NCBI GenBank assembly: GCA_964601985.1
Contig: CAZRPT010000073.1
Location: forward strand, 390 to 64,389
Direction: 5' to 3'
Length of the DNA stretch: 64,000 bases
Source: an uncultured Verrucomicrobiota bacterium
GTDB lineage: Bacteria > Verrucomicrobiota > Verrucomicrobiia > Limisphaerales > J093
The position numbers and the translations under genes are program-made. Each line of letters starts with the position of its first letter. Positions within the stretch are counted from its first letter, which is position 1. Below are positions 46,601 through 56,973 of this stretch, piece after piece. A model generated the notes under the pieces. The model was not told where the DNA came from, did no database searches, and saw nothing but the letters and a program-made list of their open reading frames with translations.

Positions 46601-46676
46601 TGGCAGGGCGGGAGGGACTCGAACCCCCAACCGACGGTTTTGGAGACCGCTACTCTACCAATTGAGCTACCGCCCT
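46601..46676 (-). tRNA. tRNA-Trp (anticodon CCA), encoded CCA
   Basis: AGGGCGGTAGCTCAATTGGTAGAGTAGCGGTCTCCAAAACCGTCGGTTGGGGGTTCGAGTCCCTCCCGCCCTGCCA. Acceptor AGGGCGG/CCGCCCT. Anticodon loop CT-CCA-AA. Canonical position between tuf and secE. Confidence 0.9.
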
Positions 46677-46762
46677 GTCCCGCGCGTGCGGTCCTGACCC
46701 CGGCCCCGGGGGGCGGCGGTCCTGACCCGTTTCTGCGCCATAAAATTCATCCGGCTTTCCGG

Positions 46763-46788
46763 GGAGGGCGGCCGCCCGGCCGCCCTCC
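46763..46788 (-). terminator. Strong GC hairpin just downstream of tuf (terminator or processing site)
   Basis: GGAGGGCGGCC-gggc-GGCCGCCCTCC, a perfect 11-bp stem 22 nt after the tuf stop. T residues appear only about 20 nt further on (ATGAATTTTAT). Confidence 0.4.
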
Positions 46789-46810
46789 TTCAGGAAAGTC
46801 CGTTCCTTCA

Positions 46811-48004
<1,194 letters not shown>

Positions 48005-48046
48005 TGCGCTACCTGATAACTTGTCTGTTGCTTCGTTCTAAGGTTC

Positions 48047-48122
<76 letters not shown>

Positions 48123-48237
48123 ACACCCCGTTCGGAGCGGTTTCGCGCCCCGAAGAGTAAAAGAAACCATCGCTCCTCGCCACCGCGAAGACCGACGGTC
48201 ACTAAAAAGGTCGTCCGTCCAGACCCGGAAGGCGGAC

Positions 48238-48265
48238 ACTATGCCAGCGCGCGCTTCCGTGTCAA
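48238..48265 (-). promoter_or_regulatory. Sigma-70-type promoter for tRNA-Thr/tuf (TTGACA-N16-CATAGT) with an upstream A/T tract
   Basis: Minus strand reads caattttttttgcaagaaatccgTTGACAcggaagcgcgcgctggCATAGTgtcc. Perfect -35 (48265-48260), 16-nt spacer, 4/6 -10 (48243-48238), and a T-run (UP-like) at 48275-48290. Lies about 115 nt upstream of tRNA-Thr. Confidence 0.5.
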
Positions 48266-48353
48266 CGGATTTCTTGCAAAAAAAATTGCGTCCGCCCCGC
48301 CCCTCCGGGCGGGCCGCTTGCCAGCAATGCCCGGCCACACTAAACTGGTCTCA

Positions 48354-49031
48354 ATGGAATTGCCATCCAACGTGCCGGTGATGGTCCTGCGAAACGCCAT
48401 TCTGTTCCCGCAGGCGCTGGTGCCCTTGCACATCTTTGAACCGCGCTACCGGCGGATGCTGGCCGACGTGCTCGCCGGCGGACGCATGTTCGCGGTGGCC
48501 CGGCGGAAGCCGGGCGCGTCGCAGGAACGCGCGGAAAAGGTGGCCGGCCTCGGTCTGGTGCGGGCCTGCGTCACCCACCCCGATGGCACGTCGCACCTCG
48601 TGCTGCAGGGACTCTCCCGGGTGGAGCTGGTGCGCACCGTCCGCTACAAGCCGTACCGCGTCTGCCGCATCCAGCCCTGGCGGCCGGAGACGGAAGAAAC
48701 CCCCGCCGTGCTGGCGCTGGCCGTGGAGCTGCTGGAAGTGGTCCGGGACCGGTTGAAGGATTTGTCGGACGCCTCCGTGGCGGCGTTGTCGCAGCAGGGG
48801 CTGGCGATCTCCCCCGCCAACAGCGAAACGGCGGTCGAGCTGTTCAAAAGCCTGCTGGACCACCTCAACGACCTCAAGGATCCCGAGCAGGTGGTGGACC
48901 TGGTCTCGGCGGCCCTGCTGGCGGATCCCGCCCAACGCCAGATCATCCTCCAAACCCGGCCCTTGGAACGGCGCATGCGCTATTTGCTCCGGTTCTTGAT
49001 CACGCCGGAGGAAATGGACAACCTTGATTGA
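48354..49031 (+). CDS. LON N-terminal (substrate-binding) domain-only protein
   Basis: MELPSNVPVMVLRNAILFPQALVPLHIFEPRYRRMLADVLAGGRMFAV.... An alternative ATG is at 48327. The track start at 48117 overlaps tRNA-Thr. Confidence 0.8.
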   Translation: MELPSNVPVMVLRNAILFPQALVPLHIFEPRYRRMLADVLAGGRMFAVARRKPGASQERAEKVAGLGLVRACVTHPDGTSHLVLQGLSRVELVRTVRYKPYRVCRIQPWRPETEETPAVLALAVELLEVVRDRLKDLSDASVAALSQQGLAISPANSETAVELFKSLLDHLNDLKDPEQVVDLVSAALLADPAQRQIILQTRPLERRMRYLLRFLITPEEMDNLD

Positions 49032-49042
49032 TCACCCGAACC

Positions 49043-49480
49043 ATGAGCGAGCAACCTTCCCCTTCTTCTGATCCCCGGCCGGCAGACCGGCATTCCGCCC
49101 TGTTTGCCAGTCTCGTGCTGCAACAGAGCAACATGGCCCTGATGTTTCTGGGCAAAACCCCCAATCCGGAAAGCGGCCGGACCACCCGGGATCTGCCCGC
49201 CGCGCGGATGTTCATTGACACGCTCGAAATGCTCGAGGCCCGCACGCGGGGCAATCTCACCAGCGAGGAGGCGCACCTGCTGCAGGAAACCCTCACGAAC
49301 CTGCGGCTGGCCTTCGTGGAAGCCGCCAACGAACCGGAGGCCCCCGCCCCCGCGGCAACGGGCTCTCCGTCTCCGACGGCGAAGGACAAGAAACCCGCGC
49401 CCCCGGACGAAGCCCCCCCGCCCGCGAGCGAGCCCCCGCCCGCGGAGGAAAGCCGGAAGAAGTTCGTGAAGAAGTACTGA
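49043..49480 (+). CDS. DUF1844-like small protein with a Pro/Ala-rich tail
   Basis: ...ALFASLVLQQSNMALMFLGKTPNPESGRTTRDLPAARMFIDTLEMLEARTRGNLTSEEAHLLQETLTNLRLAFVEA. The family assignment is from memory. Confidence 0.65.
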   Translation: MSEQPSPSSDPRPADRHSALFASLVLQQSNMALMFLGKTPNPESGRTTRDLPAARMFIDTLEMLEARTRGNLTSEEAHLLQETLTNLRLAFVEAANEPEAPAPAATGSPSPTAKDKKPAPPDEAPPPASEPPPAEESRKKFVKKY

Positions 49481-49581
49481 CCGGCCGCCGGCGGGGCCGC
49501 CCCCCGGGGATGCCGGCTTTTTCCCCCGCGAAACGCCGCGTTTCCGGCCGGACGACGCCGGTTTGCCTCCCCTCCTTCCCC

Positions 49582-50256
49582 ATGCCCGCCTCCGCTCCCG
49601 CCCCCCCGGACCGGCTCCGCTTCGAGCGCGAGCTGCTGGCGGAGGGGCGCCGGTGGGTGGCCGGAGTGGACGAAGCAGGCCGGGGACCGCTGGCCGGACC
49701 GGTGGTGGCGGCGGCGGTGATGCTGCCGGCGGCGATGATTCGCGCGGGCCTGCCGCCGGAACTGGCCGGCTTGAACGACTCGAAACAGCTCACCGCCCGG
49801 CAGCGCGACCGGTTGTTCGACGCGCTGCGGAACCGGGCGGACATCCGGCACGGAGTGGCCCGAATCGAGCCCGCCGAGATTGACCGGCTCAACATCCTCC
49901 GGGCCACCCACCGCGCGATGGCGGCGGCGCTGGCGGCCCTCCGCCCCCCGCCGGAACACGTGCTGGTGGACGGCCTCCCCGTCCGGTCACTGCCGTTTCC
50001 CCAGACGGCGCTGGTCAAGGGCGACGCGCGCAGTTTTTCGATCGCCGCCGCCAGCGTGCTGGCCAAGGTCACCCGGGACCGGCTGATGATCGCCTACGAC
50101 GCCACCTATCCGGGCTACGGCTTCGCCCGGCACAAGGGGTATCCCACCGCGGCCCATCGGGCCGCGCTCCAGCGGCTGGGCCCCTGCCCCATCCACCGGC
50201 GCAGCTTCGCCCCCGTGCGGGCGCGACAACCGGACTTGTTCGACTCCCGCCCGTGA
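49582..50256 (+). CDS. rnhB: Ribonuclease HII
   Basis: ...VAGVDEAGRGPLAGPVVAAAV...LNDSKQLTARQRDRLF...VDGLP...KGDARSFSIAAASVLAKVTRD.... Likely ATG 49582. Confidence 0.92.
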   Translation: MPASAPAPPDRLRFERELLAEGRRWVAGVDEAGRGPLAGPVVAAAVMLPAAMIRAGLPPELAGLNDSKQLTARQRDRLFDALRNRADIRHGVARIEPAEIDRLNILRATHRAMAAALAALRPPPEHVLVDGLPVRSLPFPQTALVKGDARSFSIAAASVLAKVTRDRLMIAYDATYPGYGFARHKGYPTAAHRAALQRLGPCPIHRRSFAPVRARQPDLFDSRP

Positions 50257-50675
50257 ACTGGCTGCGCCAACTGCTGGGACGCCGCCCGGCCGAGGCCGAG
50301 CATCTGCGCCGGGGACGACTCGGCGAGCGGGCGGCGGGGCGGCATTTGCGCCGTCTGGGACTCAAGCCGCTCACCCGCAACTTCCGCTCCCCCGCCGGGG
50401 AAATTGACCTCATTTGCCGGGACGGTGATTGCCTGGTGTTCGTGGAGGTGAAGACCCGCGCCTCCGGCCAGTGGACCCGCCCCGCCGCCGCCGTCAACGC
50501 CCGCAAGCGCCGCCGGCTGACCCGCGCGGCGTTCGATTATCTGGACCGGCTGCGCCGCCCGCCCGTCAAGCTCCGGTTCGACATCGTGGAAGTCCTGCTG
50601 GAGGACGGACGCGTCGCCGAGGTGCGCCACCTGCCCAACGCCTTCCCCCTCACGGCCCCGCATCGTTACGGTTGA
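50253..50675 (+). CDS. yraN: YraN-family (UPF0102) endonuclease-like protein
   Basis: ...GERAAGRHLRRLGLKPLTRNFRSPAGEIDLICRDGDCLVFVEVKTR...RFDIVEV. The GTG start overlaps the rnhB stop (GTGA). Confidence 0.88.
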   Translation: MNWLRQLLGRRPAEAEHLRRGRLGERAAGRHLRRLGLKPLTRNFRSPAGEIDLICRDGDCLVFVEVKTRASGQWTRPAAAVNARKRRRLTRAAFDYLDRLRRPPVKLRFDIVEVLLEDGRVAEVRHLPNAFPLTAPHRYG

Positions 50676-50714
50676 CCGTCCCTTCCCCGCGCCGAACCGC
50701 TTTGATTGAGGGGG

Positions 50715-51980
<1,266 letters not shown>

Positions 51981-52213
51981 GACCGGATGATTAAGACCGA
52001 AACACCCCGTTCGCCAAGCGCAAAAGCCGTCCGCCAACGCAATCCCGCGGACCCTTTCCCCTGCTTTCCCGGCGGAAACCTCCCCGGTACGGCAGGCTTG
52101 AGATAGCCCGAACTGGCCGCTCCAAGCAATTCCCGCGTCTTCGCGGATCCGGTTTCGGCGGCCAGCCGAAACCCAAAGCCACCGGTGGCGGAAGCTCCCC
52201 CGAGGAGAAAAAA

Positions 52214-52231
52214 GCGGCAGGGGACTGCCGC
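52214..52231. repeat. REP-like perfect hairpin GCGGCAG-gggga-CTGCCGC
   Basis: Part of aaaaaaGCGGCAGGGGACTGCCGCCGTCCAAAACGCTGGCGCG. Its spurious translation, ..[12 protein letters not shown].., resembles a repeat-derived peptide I recall from PVC-type genomes (memory only). Confidence 0.45.
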
Positions 52232-52322
52232 CGTCCAAAACGCTGGCGCGCGGGCGAAAGCTCCTTTTCGGTTTTCGGAACTCGGGATGCCCGCCGCGCG
52301 GGCGCCGTCAAAACATCGGCAA

Positions 52323-52390
52323 CGCTTCAAGGGACATTTTGTCACCGACCCCGCCTCTGATTCATCTCGCTTCAAGAGACTAAATGTCAC
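52323..52390 (+). promoter_or_regulatory. Two 23-nt direct repeats, CGCTTCAAGRGAC-N4-TGTCAC, 45 nt apart
   Basis: 52323-52345 cgcttcaagggacattttgtcac and 52368-52390 cgcttcaagagactaaatgtcac. 18/23 identical. Each contains a GAC-N5-GTC inverted core. Confidence 0.4.
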
Positions 52391-52478
52391 TTTTTAATGT
52401 TGAATCCCAACTCAAAAAAATCTCGTAAACCATTGAAAACAAAGGTTTAACAAACAGAAAATCAGCGGAATCCCGAAC

Positions 52479-52493
52479 TGGCATGCGGCCAGC
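52479..52493 (+). promoter_or_regulatory. Sigma-54-like element TGGCAT-N5-CAGCT (GG-N10-GC) upstream of hsp20
   Basis: tggcatgcggccagc. GG at 52480-52481 and GC at 52492-52493, 42 nt before the hsp20 ATG. The -12 box is weak (CAGCT versus TTGCW). Confidence 0.25.
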
Positions 52494-52534
52494 TTTGAAA
52501 AATCACGGAACGAAAAAGCAAAAGGAACGAAACG

Positions 52535-53005
52535 ATGAAATTGATGCGTGTGAATCAACCTGATTTTTTGGGGCTGACCTCGTTGGACGCCCTGAACAAC
52601 CTGCGGCAGGAGGTCAACCGCCTCTTCGAAAGCACTTACGGCGAAAACGTGCCCGGCAGCGATCTGTTTGCCGGGTGGGCGCCGCCGCTCGACTTGAGCG
52701 AGGACCAGAACAACCTGATCGTGGAGGTCGAGCTGCCCGGAGTGAAGAAGGACGACTTGGAGGTCTCCGTGCACAACGGCGTGCTGAGCATCTCCGGAGA
52801 GCGTCCCGTCGTGGAGAGCGAGCAGAAGGACGCCACCTACTACCGTCAGGAGCGGTTTCACGGGCGGTTCCACCGCTCGATCACCCTGCCCAAACCGGTC
52901 GAGCTGGACGCGGTGAAGGCGGATTATCGCAACGGCATTCTCACGGTCACGCTCCCGAAGACCGAGGAAGCGCGGCCGCGGCAGATCGAAGTGAGTCATG
53001 ACTGA
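52535..53005 (+). CDS. Hsp20/alpha-crystallin family small heat-shock protein
   Basis: ...WAPPLDLSEDQNNLIVEVELPGVKKDDLEVSVHNGVLSISGER...RSITLPKPVELDAVKADYRNGILTVTLPK. Confidence 0.92.
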   Translation: MKLMRVNQPDFLGLTSLDALNNLRQEVNRLFESTYGENVPGSDLFAGWAPPLDLSEDQNNLIVEVELPGVKKDDLEVSVHNGVLSISGERPVVESEQKDATYYRQERFHGRFHRSITLPKPVELDAVKADYRNGILTVTLPKTEEARPRQIEVSHD

Positions 53006-53039
53006 ACCGGTGGAAACCCTGCAACGGAAAGGAGTCTTT

Positions 53040-53420
53040 ATGAGTCAAACCCCGCAACAAACCGGACGGAAAAACCCGCGGCAAACGGAAGAACGCTTTG
53101 CCATCCCGCCCGTGGACATCCGGGAAGAGGCCGATGAGTTCGTGCTGATCGCCGACATGCCCGGCGTGACCAAGGAAGGGCTTGAGGTGACGTTGGATGC
53201 CAACGAGTTGACCCTGGTGGGGCATCGGTCCCCGGCGACGGAAAACCGCGAGTATCTGCATCGCGAATCCCGGCGCCCGTCGTACCGGCGGGTGTTCGAG
53301 ATCGCGCCGGAAATTGACGCCGGCCGCATCACCGCCCACATCGCCGACGGCGTGCTGACGGTGCGCCTGCCGAAAGCCGAGGCGCTCAAACCGCGGAAGA
53401 TCGCCATCACGACGGACTGA
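53040..53420 (+). CDS. Hsp20/alpha-crystallin family small heat-shock protein (second copy)
   Basis: ...PPVDIREEADEFVLIADMPGVTKEGLEVTLDANELTLVGHR...ITAHIADGVLTVRLPK. ATG 53040 is preceded by AAAGGAG 5 nt upstream. The alternative ATG at 52998 overlaps the first gene. Confidence 0.9.
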   Translation: MSQTPQQTGRKNPRQTEERFAIPPVDIREEADEFVLIADMPGVTKEGLEVTLDANELTLVGHRSPATENREYLHRESRRPSYRRVFEIAPEIDAGRITAHIADGVLTVRLPKAEALKPRKIAITTD

Positions 53421-53474
53421 GCGGAACGGTTTTCCCGGGCGCCCGCGCCCCGCGGGAAAAGAAACTCGTGCGTT

Positions 53475-53508
53475 CCCCCGCCGAAGCGTTTCGGCGGGGG
53501 ATTTTTTT
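53475..53508 (+). terminator. Rho-independent terminator of the hsp20 pair
   Basis: CCCCCGCCGAA-gcgt-TTCGGCGGGGG, a perfect 11-bp stem, followed by ATTTTTTT. Confidence 0.85.
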
Positions 53509-53521
53509 CCTCCACGCTCCG

Positions 53522-54046
53522 TCACCCGACCCGCCGGGGACGGGCGATCGCGGGCGGCAGGGCGGCCAGAAGTTCGCGAACGCCGGCGAGGCGGCCGGGC
53601 AGACACAGGCCGGGGGCAATCTCGGCCAGGGGCGCCAGGACGAAGGCGCGTTGGTGGGCGCGCGGATGCGGCAGGGTCAAAAACGGCGTGGCGCGGATTT
53701 CCCGCCGAAAGGCGATCAAGTCCAGATCGAGCGGGCGGGGGGCATTGGGGATTGACCGCGGGCGGCGCCCAAAAACCCGCTCGATGGCCCGCAATCCGGC
53801 CAGCAGACTCTCCGGCGTGGCGCCCGGTCGGGGTTCAAAGGCCATGACGGCATTGATGAAAGGCGGCGAGCCGGGCGGGCAGTCCACCGGCTCGCTCCGC
53901 CACAAGCCGGAGACGACCGGCGGCGTGGCGGCCAGCCCGGCGACCGCCCGGAACGCCGCCCGCACCTGCTCCGCGGGACGCCCCTCGTTCGCCCCCAGCG
54001 CCACAATGGCATGGGTGTCGAGTGAAACCGCGGCCGTCGGATTCAT
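53522..54046 (-). CDS. folK: 2-amino-4-hydroxy-6-hydroxymethyldihydropteridine diphosphokinase (HPPK)
   Basis: MNPTAAVSLDTHAIVALGANEG...GLWRSEPV...PRPLDLDLIAF...LTLPHPRAHQRAFVLAPLAEI, from the internal ATG 54046. Confidence 0.88.
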   Translation of the reverse strand: MNPTAAVSLDTHAIVALGANEGRPAEQVRAAFRAVAGLAATPPVVSGLWRSEPVDCPPGSPPFINAVMAFEPRPGATPESLLAGLRAIERVFGRRPRSIPNAPRPLDLDLIAFRREIRATPFLTLPHPRAHQRAFVLAPLAEIAPGLCLPGRLAGVRELLAALPPAIARPRRVG

Positions 54047-54283
54047 GACGCAAAAAACACAAGCCCTCCCGCTTTCAGCCCCCCGGCTCGGGGCCTCCCG
54101 CGGGCACGCCGCCGATATGCCGCACCCGGGACGGCCGGGCAAGCAGTTTCCCCAACGCATTGCTTCCCCCCGCCGCCCGTCTTCGCAATCGTCGCGGTGA
54201 CGAGGCGGAGCCCCGCGCTTCTTCCCGGAGCGCGGGATGGCGGAACCGCCGGGCCGCTTTCGGAGGGCGCCGTTTTCACGAAG

Positions 54284-54303
54284 ATTGGTATTGGCGCACC
54301 AAT
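54284..54303. promoter_or_regulatory. A/T-richer ATTGG-ATTGG-gcgc-ACCAAT island (candidate regulator site)
   Basis: attggtattggcgcaccaat. Arms ATTGGT/ACCAAT are inverted, with an extra direct ATTGG. It stands out in an otherwise very GC-rich 467-nt divergent spacer. Confidence 0.25.
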
Positions 54304-54513
54304 GATCCGTTGGCGGGAGGACGAAACTTCCGCCGCGCGGGAACGCCGGTTTGCTCCCGCCCGCCCGGACCGCGCGAAACGGAGGCGTTCGGGAGCGGAC
54401 AATCGCATTGCTTCGGGGGGCGGTTTTCGTCATGCTGGGGGTTCCGGTCGGGCGGGGCGGTTTGCCGCCCGGGCGGAGCCGGATTGAGAACGCGCAACGG
54501 AAGAACTGACACC

Positions 54514-55740
<1,227 letters not shown>

Positions 55741-55819
55741 GCCGGCGCGCGAGTTCCGAATGTTCCGGGACCGGTCGCCGCCTCCGCCGACCGGTCCCGC
55801 CCGCCTCCGCTTCCGCGCC

Positions 55820-56584
55820 ATGAACACCGTCACGAAAGCCGTCATCCTCGCCGCCGGCAAGGGCACCCGGATGGGCGACCTGACCCGCGCCAAGCCCAAG
55901 CCGCTGCTGCCCGTCCAAGGCAAACCCATCCTCGAACACATTCTCGAAGGCCTGCGAAGCGTGGGCCTGCGGGAGTTCTTCGTCGTCACCCGCTACTGCG
56001 CCGAACAGGTGGAGGCGGCCCTCGGCGACGGTTCCCGTTGGGGCGTCTCGATCCACTACGGCCGCCAGGGCGACCTGCCCGGCACCGGCAAGGCGGTCGA
56101 GCCCGCGCGCGAGTTCGTCGGCGACGAGCCCTTCCTGCTCACCTACGGCGACATCCTGGTGAAACCCGAGACCTACCGGCAGGTGCTGGACCGCTTCGCC
56201 GGAGGCGACTTCGCCGGCGTGCTGACCGTGACCCGCGGCGAGGACGTGACGAAGGGCGGACTGAACTTTTTCGACGACGACTTCTGCCTCACCCGGCTGG
56301 TGGAGAAGCCCACGCCGGAGCAGGTCGAGGAATTGCGCGCCACCGGCTGGCTGAAACCCGGCGCGCCCGCCTGGTACAACGCCGGCGTGTATCTGTTCCG
56401 GCCCTCGCTGTTTCCCCACCTCGATCGCCTCCGCCCCTCGCCCCGGGGCGAATACGAACTGACCGACGCCCTCATCGCGCTGGTGGAAGCCGGCGAGCGC
56501 CTGGCCGGATTGGAAATCGCCGGCCGCTGGGTGGACGTCCGCGATCCCGAAACCCTCGCCCGCCTCGAAGCCGGCGATCTCTGA
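55820..56584 (+). CDS. Sugar-phosphate nucleotidyltransferase (NTP_transferase family)
   Basis: MNTVTKAVILAAGKGTRMGDLTRAKPKPLLPVQGKPILEHILEGL...LLTYGDILV. Specificity not determinable. Confidence 0.85.
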   Translation: MNTVTKAVILAAGKGTRMGDLTRAKPKPLLPVQGKPILEHILEGLRSVGLREFFVVTRYCAEQVEAALGDGSRWGVSIHYGRQGDLPGTGKAVEPAREFVGDEPFLLTYGDILVKPETYRQVLDRFAGGDFAGVLTVTRGEDVTKGGLNFFDDDFCLTRLVEKPTPEQVEELRATGWLKPGAPAWYNAGVYLFRPSLFPHLDRLRPSPRGEYELTDALIALVEAGERLAGLEIAGRWVDVRDPETLARLEAGDL

Positions 56585-56728
56585 GCGCGCGTTTCCCGAG
56601 CCGTCGCCCGGGGACCGGCCCCTCACGGAAAGAAATCGCCCCCGGGTGTTCCGGTCCTTCCCCCGCCACACCGGAATTTCCGCCATCCGCGGCCCGGTCC
56701 GTTGCGCCCGCCGCCGCGCCGTCCAACT

Positions 56729-56781
56729 GCGCCAACGCCCCGGCTTGGGCGCGGGCCGGGTTCCCCAATCCGGCGTTCTCC
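56729..56781 (+). repeat. Dispersed hairpin repeat family R1, copy A
   Basis: Core gcgggccgggttccccaatccggcgttctcc (56751-56781) matches the reverse complement of 60538-60568 at 29/31 positions. Contains hairpin GCCGGGTT-cccc-AATCCGGC. Confidence 0.7.
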
Positions 56782-56834
56782 AACAGGCGCTCAGCGGATC
56801 TTGGTCCGCGACGTGGCGGAGACGCCGGGGGGGG

Positions 56835-56866
56835 GAATCCGAATCCCGAAATCCGAGATCCGAAAG
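56835..56866 (-). repeat. T-rich 'TTTCGGA' short tandem repeat (minus strand ctttcggatctcggatttcgggattcggattc)
   Basis: Shares the 13-mer CCGAAATCCGAGA (56846-56858) exactly with 62022-62034. Lies downstream of the mpl stop, after the twin hairpins. Confidence 0.6.
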
Positions 56867-56885
56867 CAAAGCGCGCGCGCTTCGG

Positions 56886-56929
56886 CAGCGCGGACTTTCA
56901 GTCTGCTGTTTCGCCGGCTTCCAGCCGGC
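56886..56929. repeat. Twin REP-like hairpins
   Basis: cagcgcGGACTttcAGTCtgctg (56886-56908) and GCCGGCT-tcc-AGCCGGC (56913-56929). The first resembles the GCAGACTGGAAGTCTGC-type hairpin repeats I recall from PVC-group genomes (memory only). Confidence 0.45.
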
Positions 56930-56973
56930 CCGCGGGCGGGCGCGCGGCGGGAGGTTATCTTTCAGCCAGGGGC

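Noticed and set aside
52323-52345. Sigma-32-like CCCTTGAA on the minus strand within the first 23-nt repeat (and CTCTTGAA in the second).
   Set aside because: No CCCCATNT-like -10 lies at 13-17 nt, and it points toward argG rather than hsp20. I interpret it as part of the direct-repeat motif instead.
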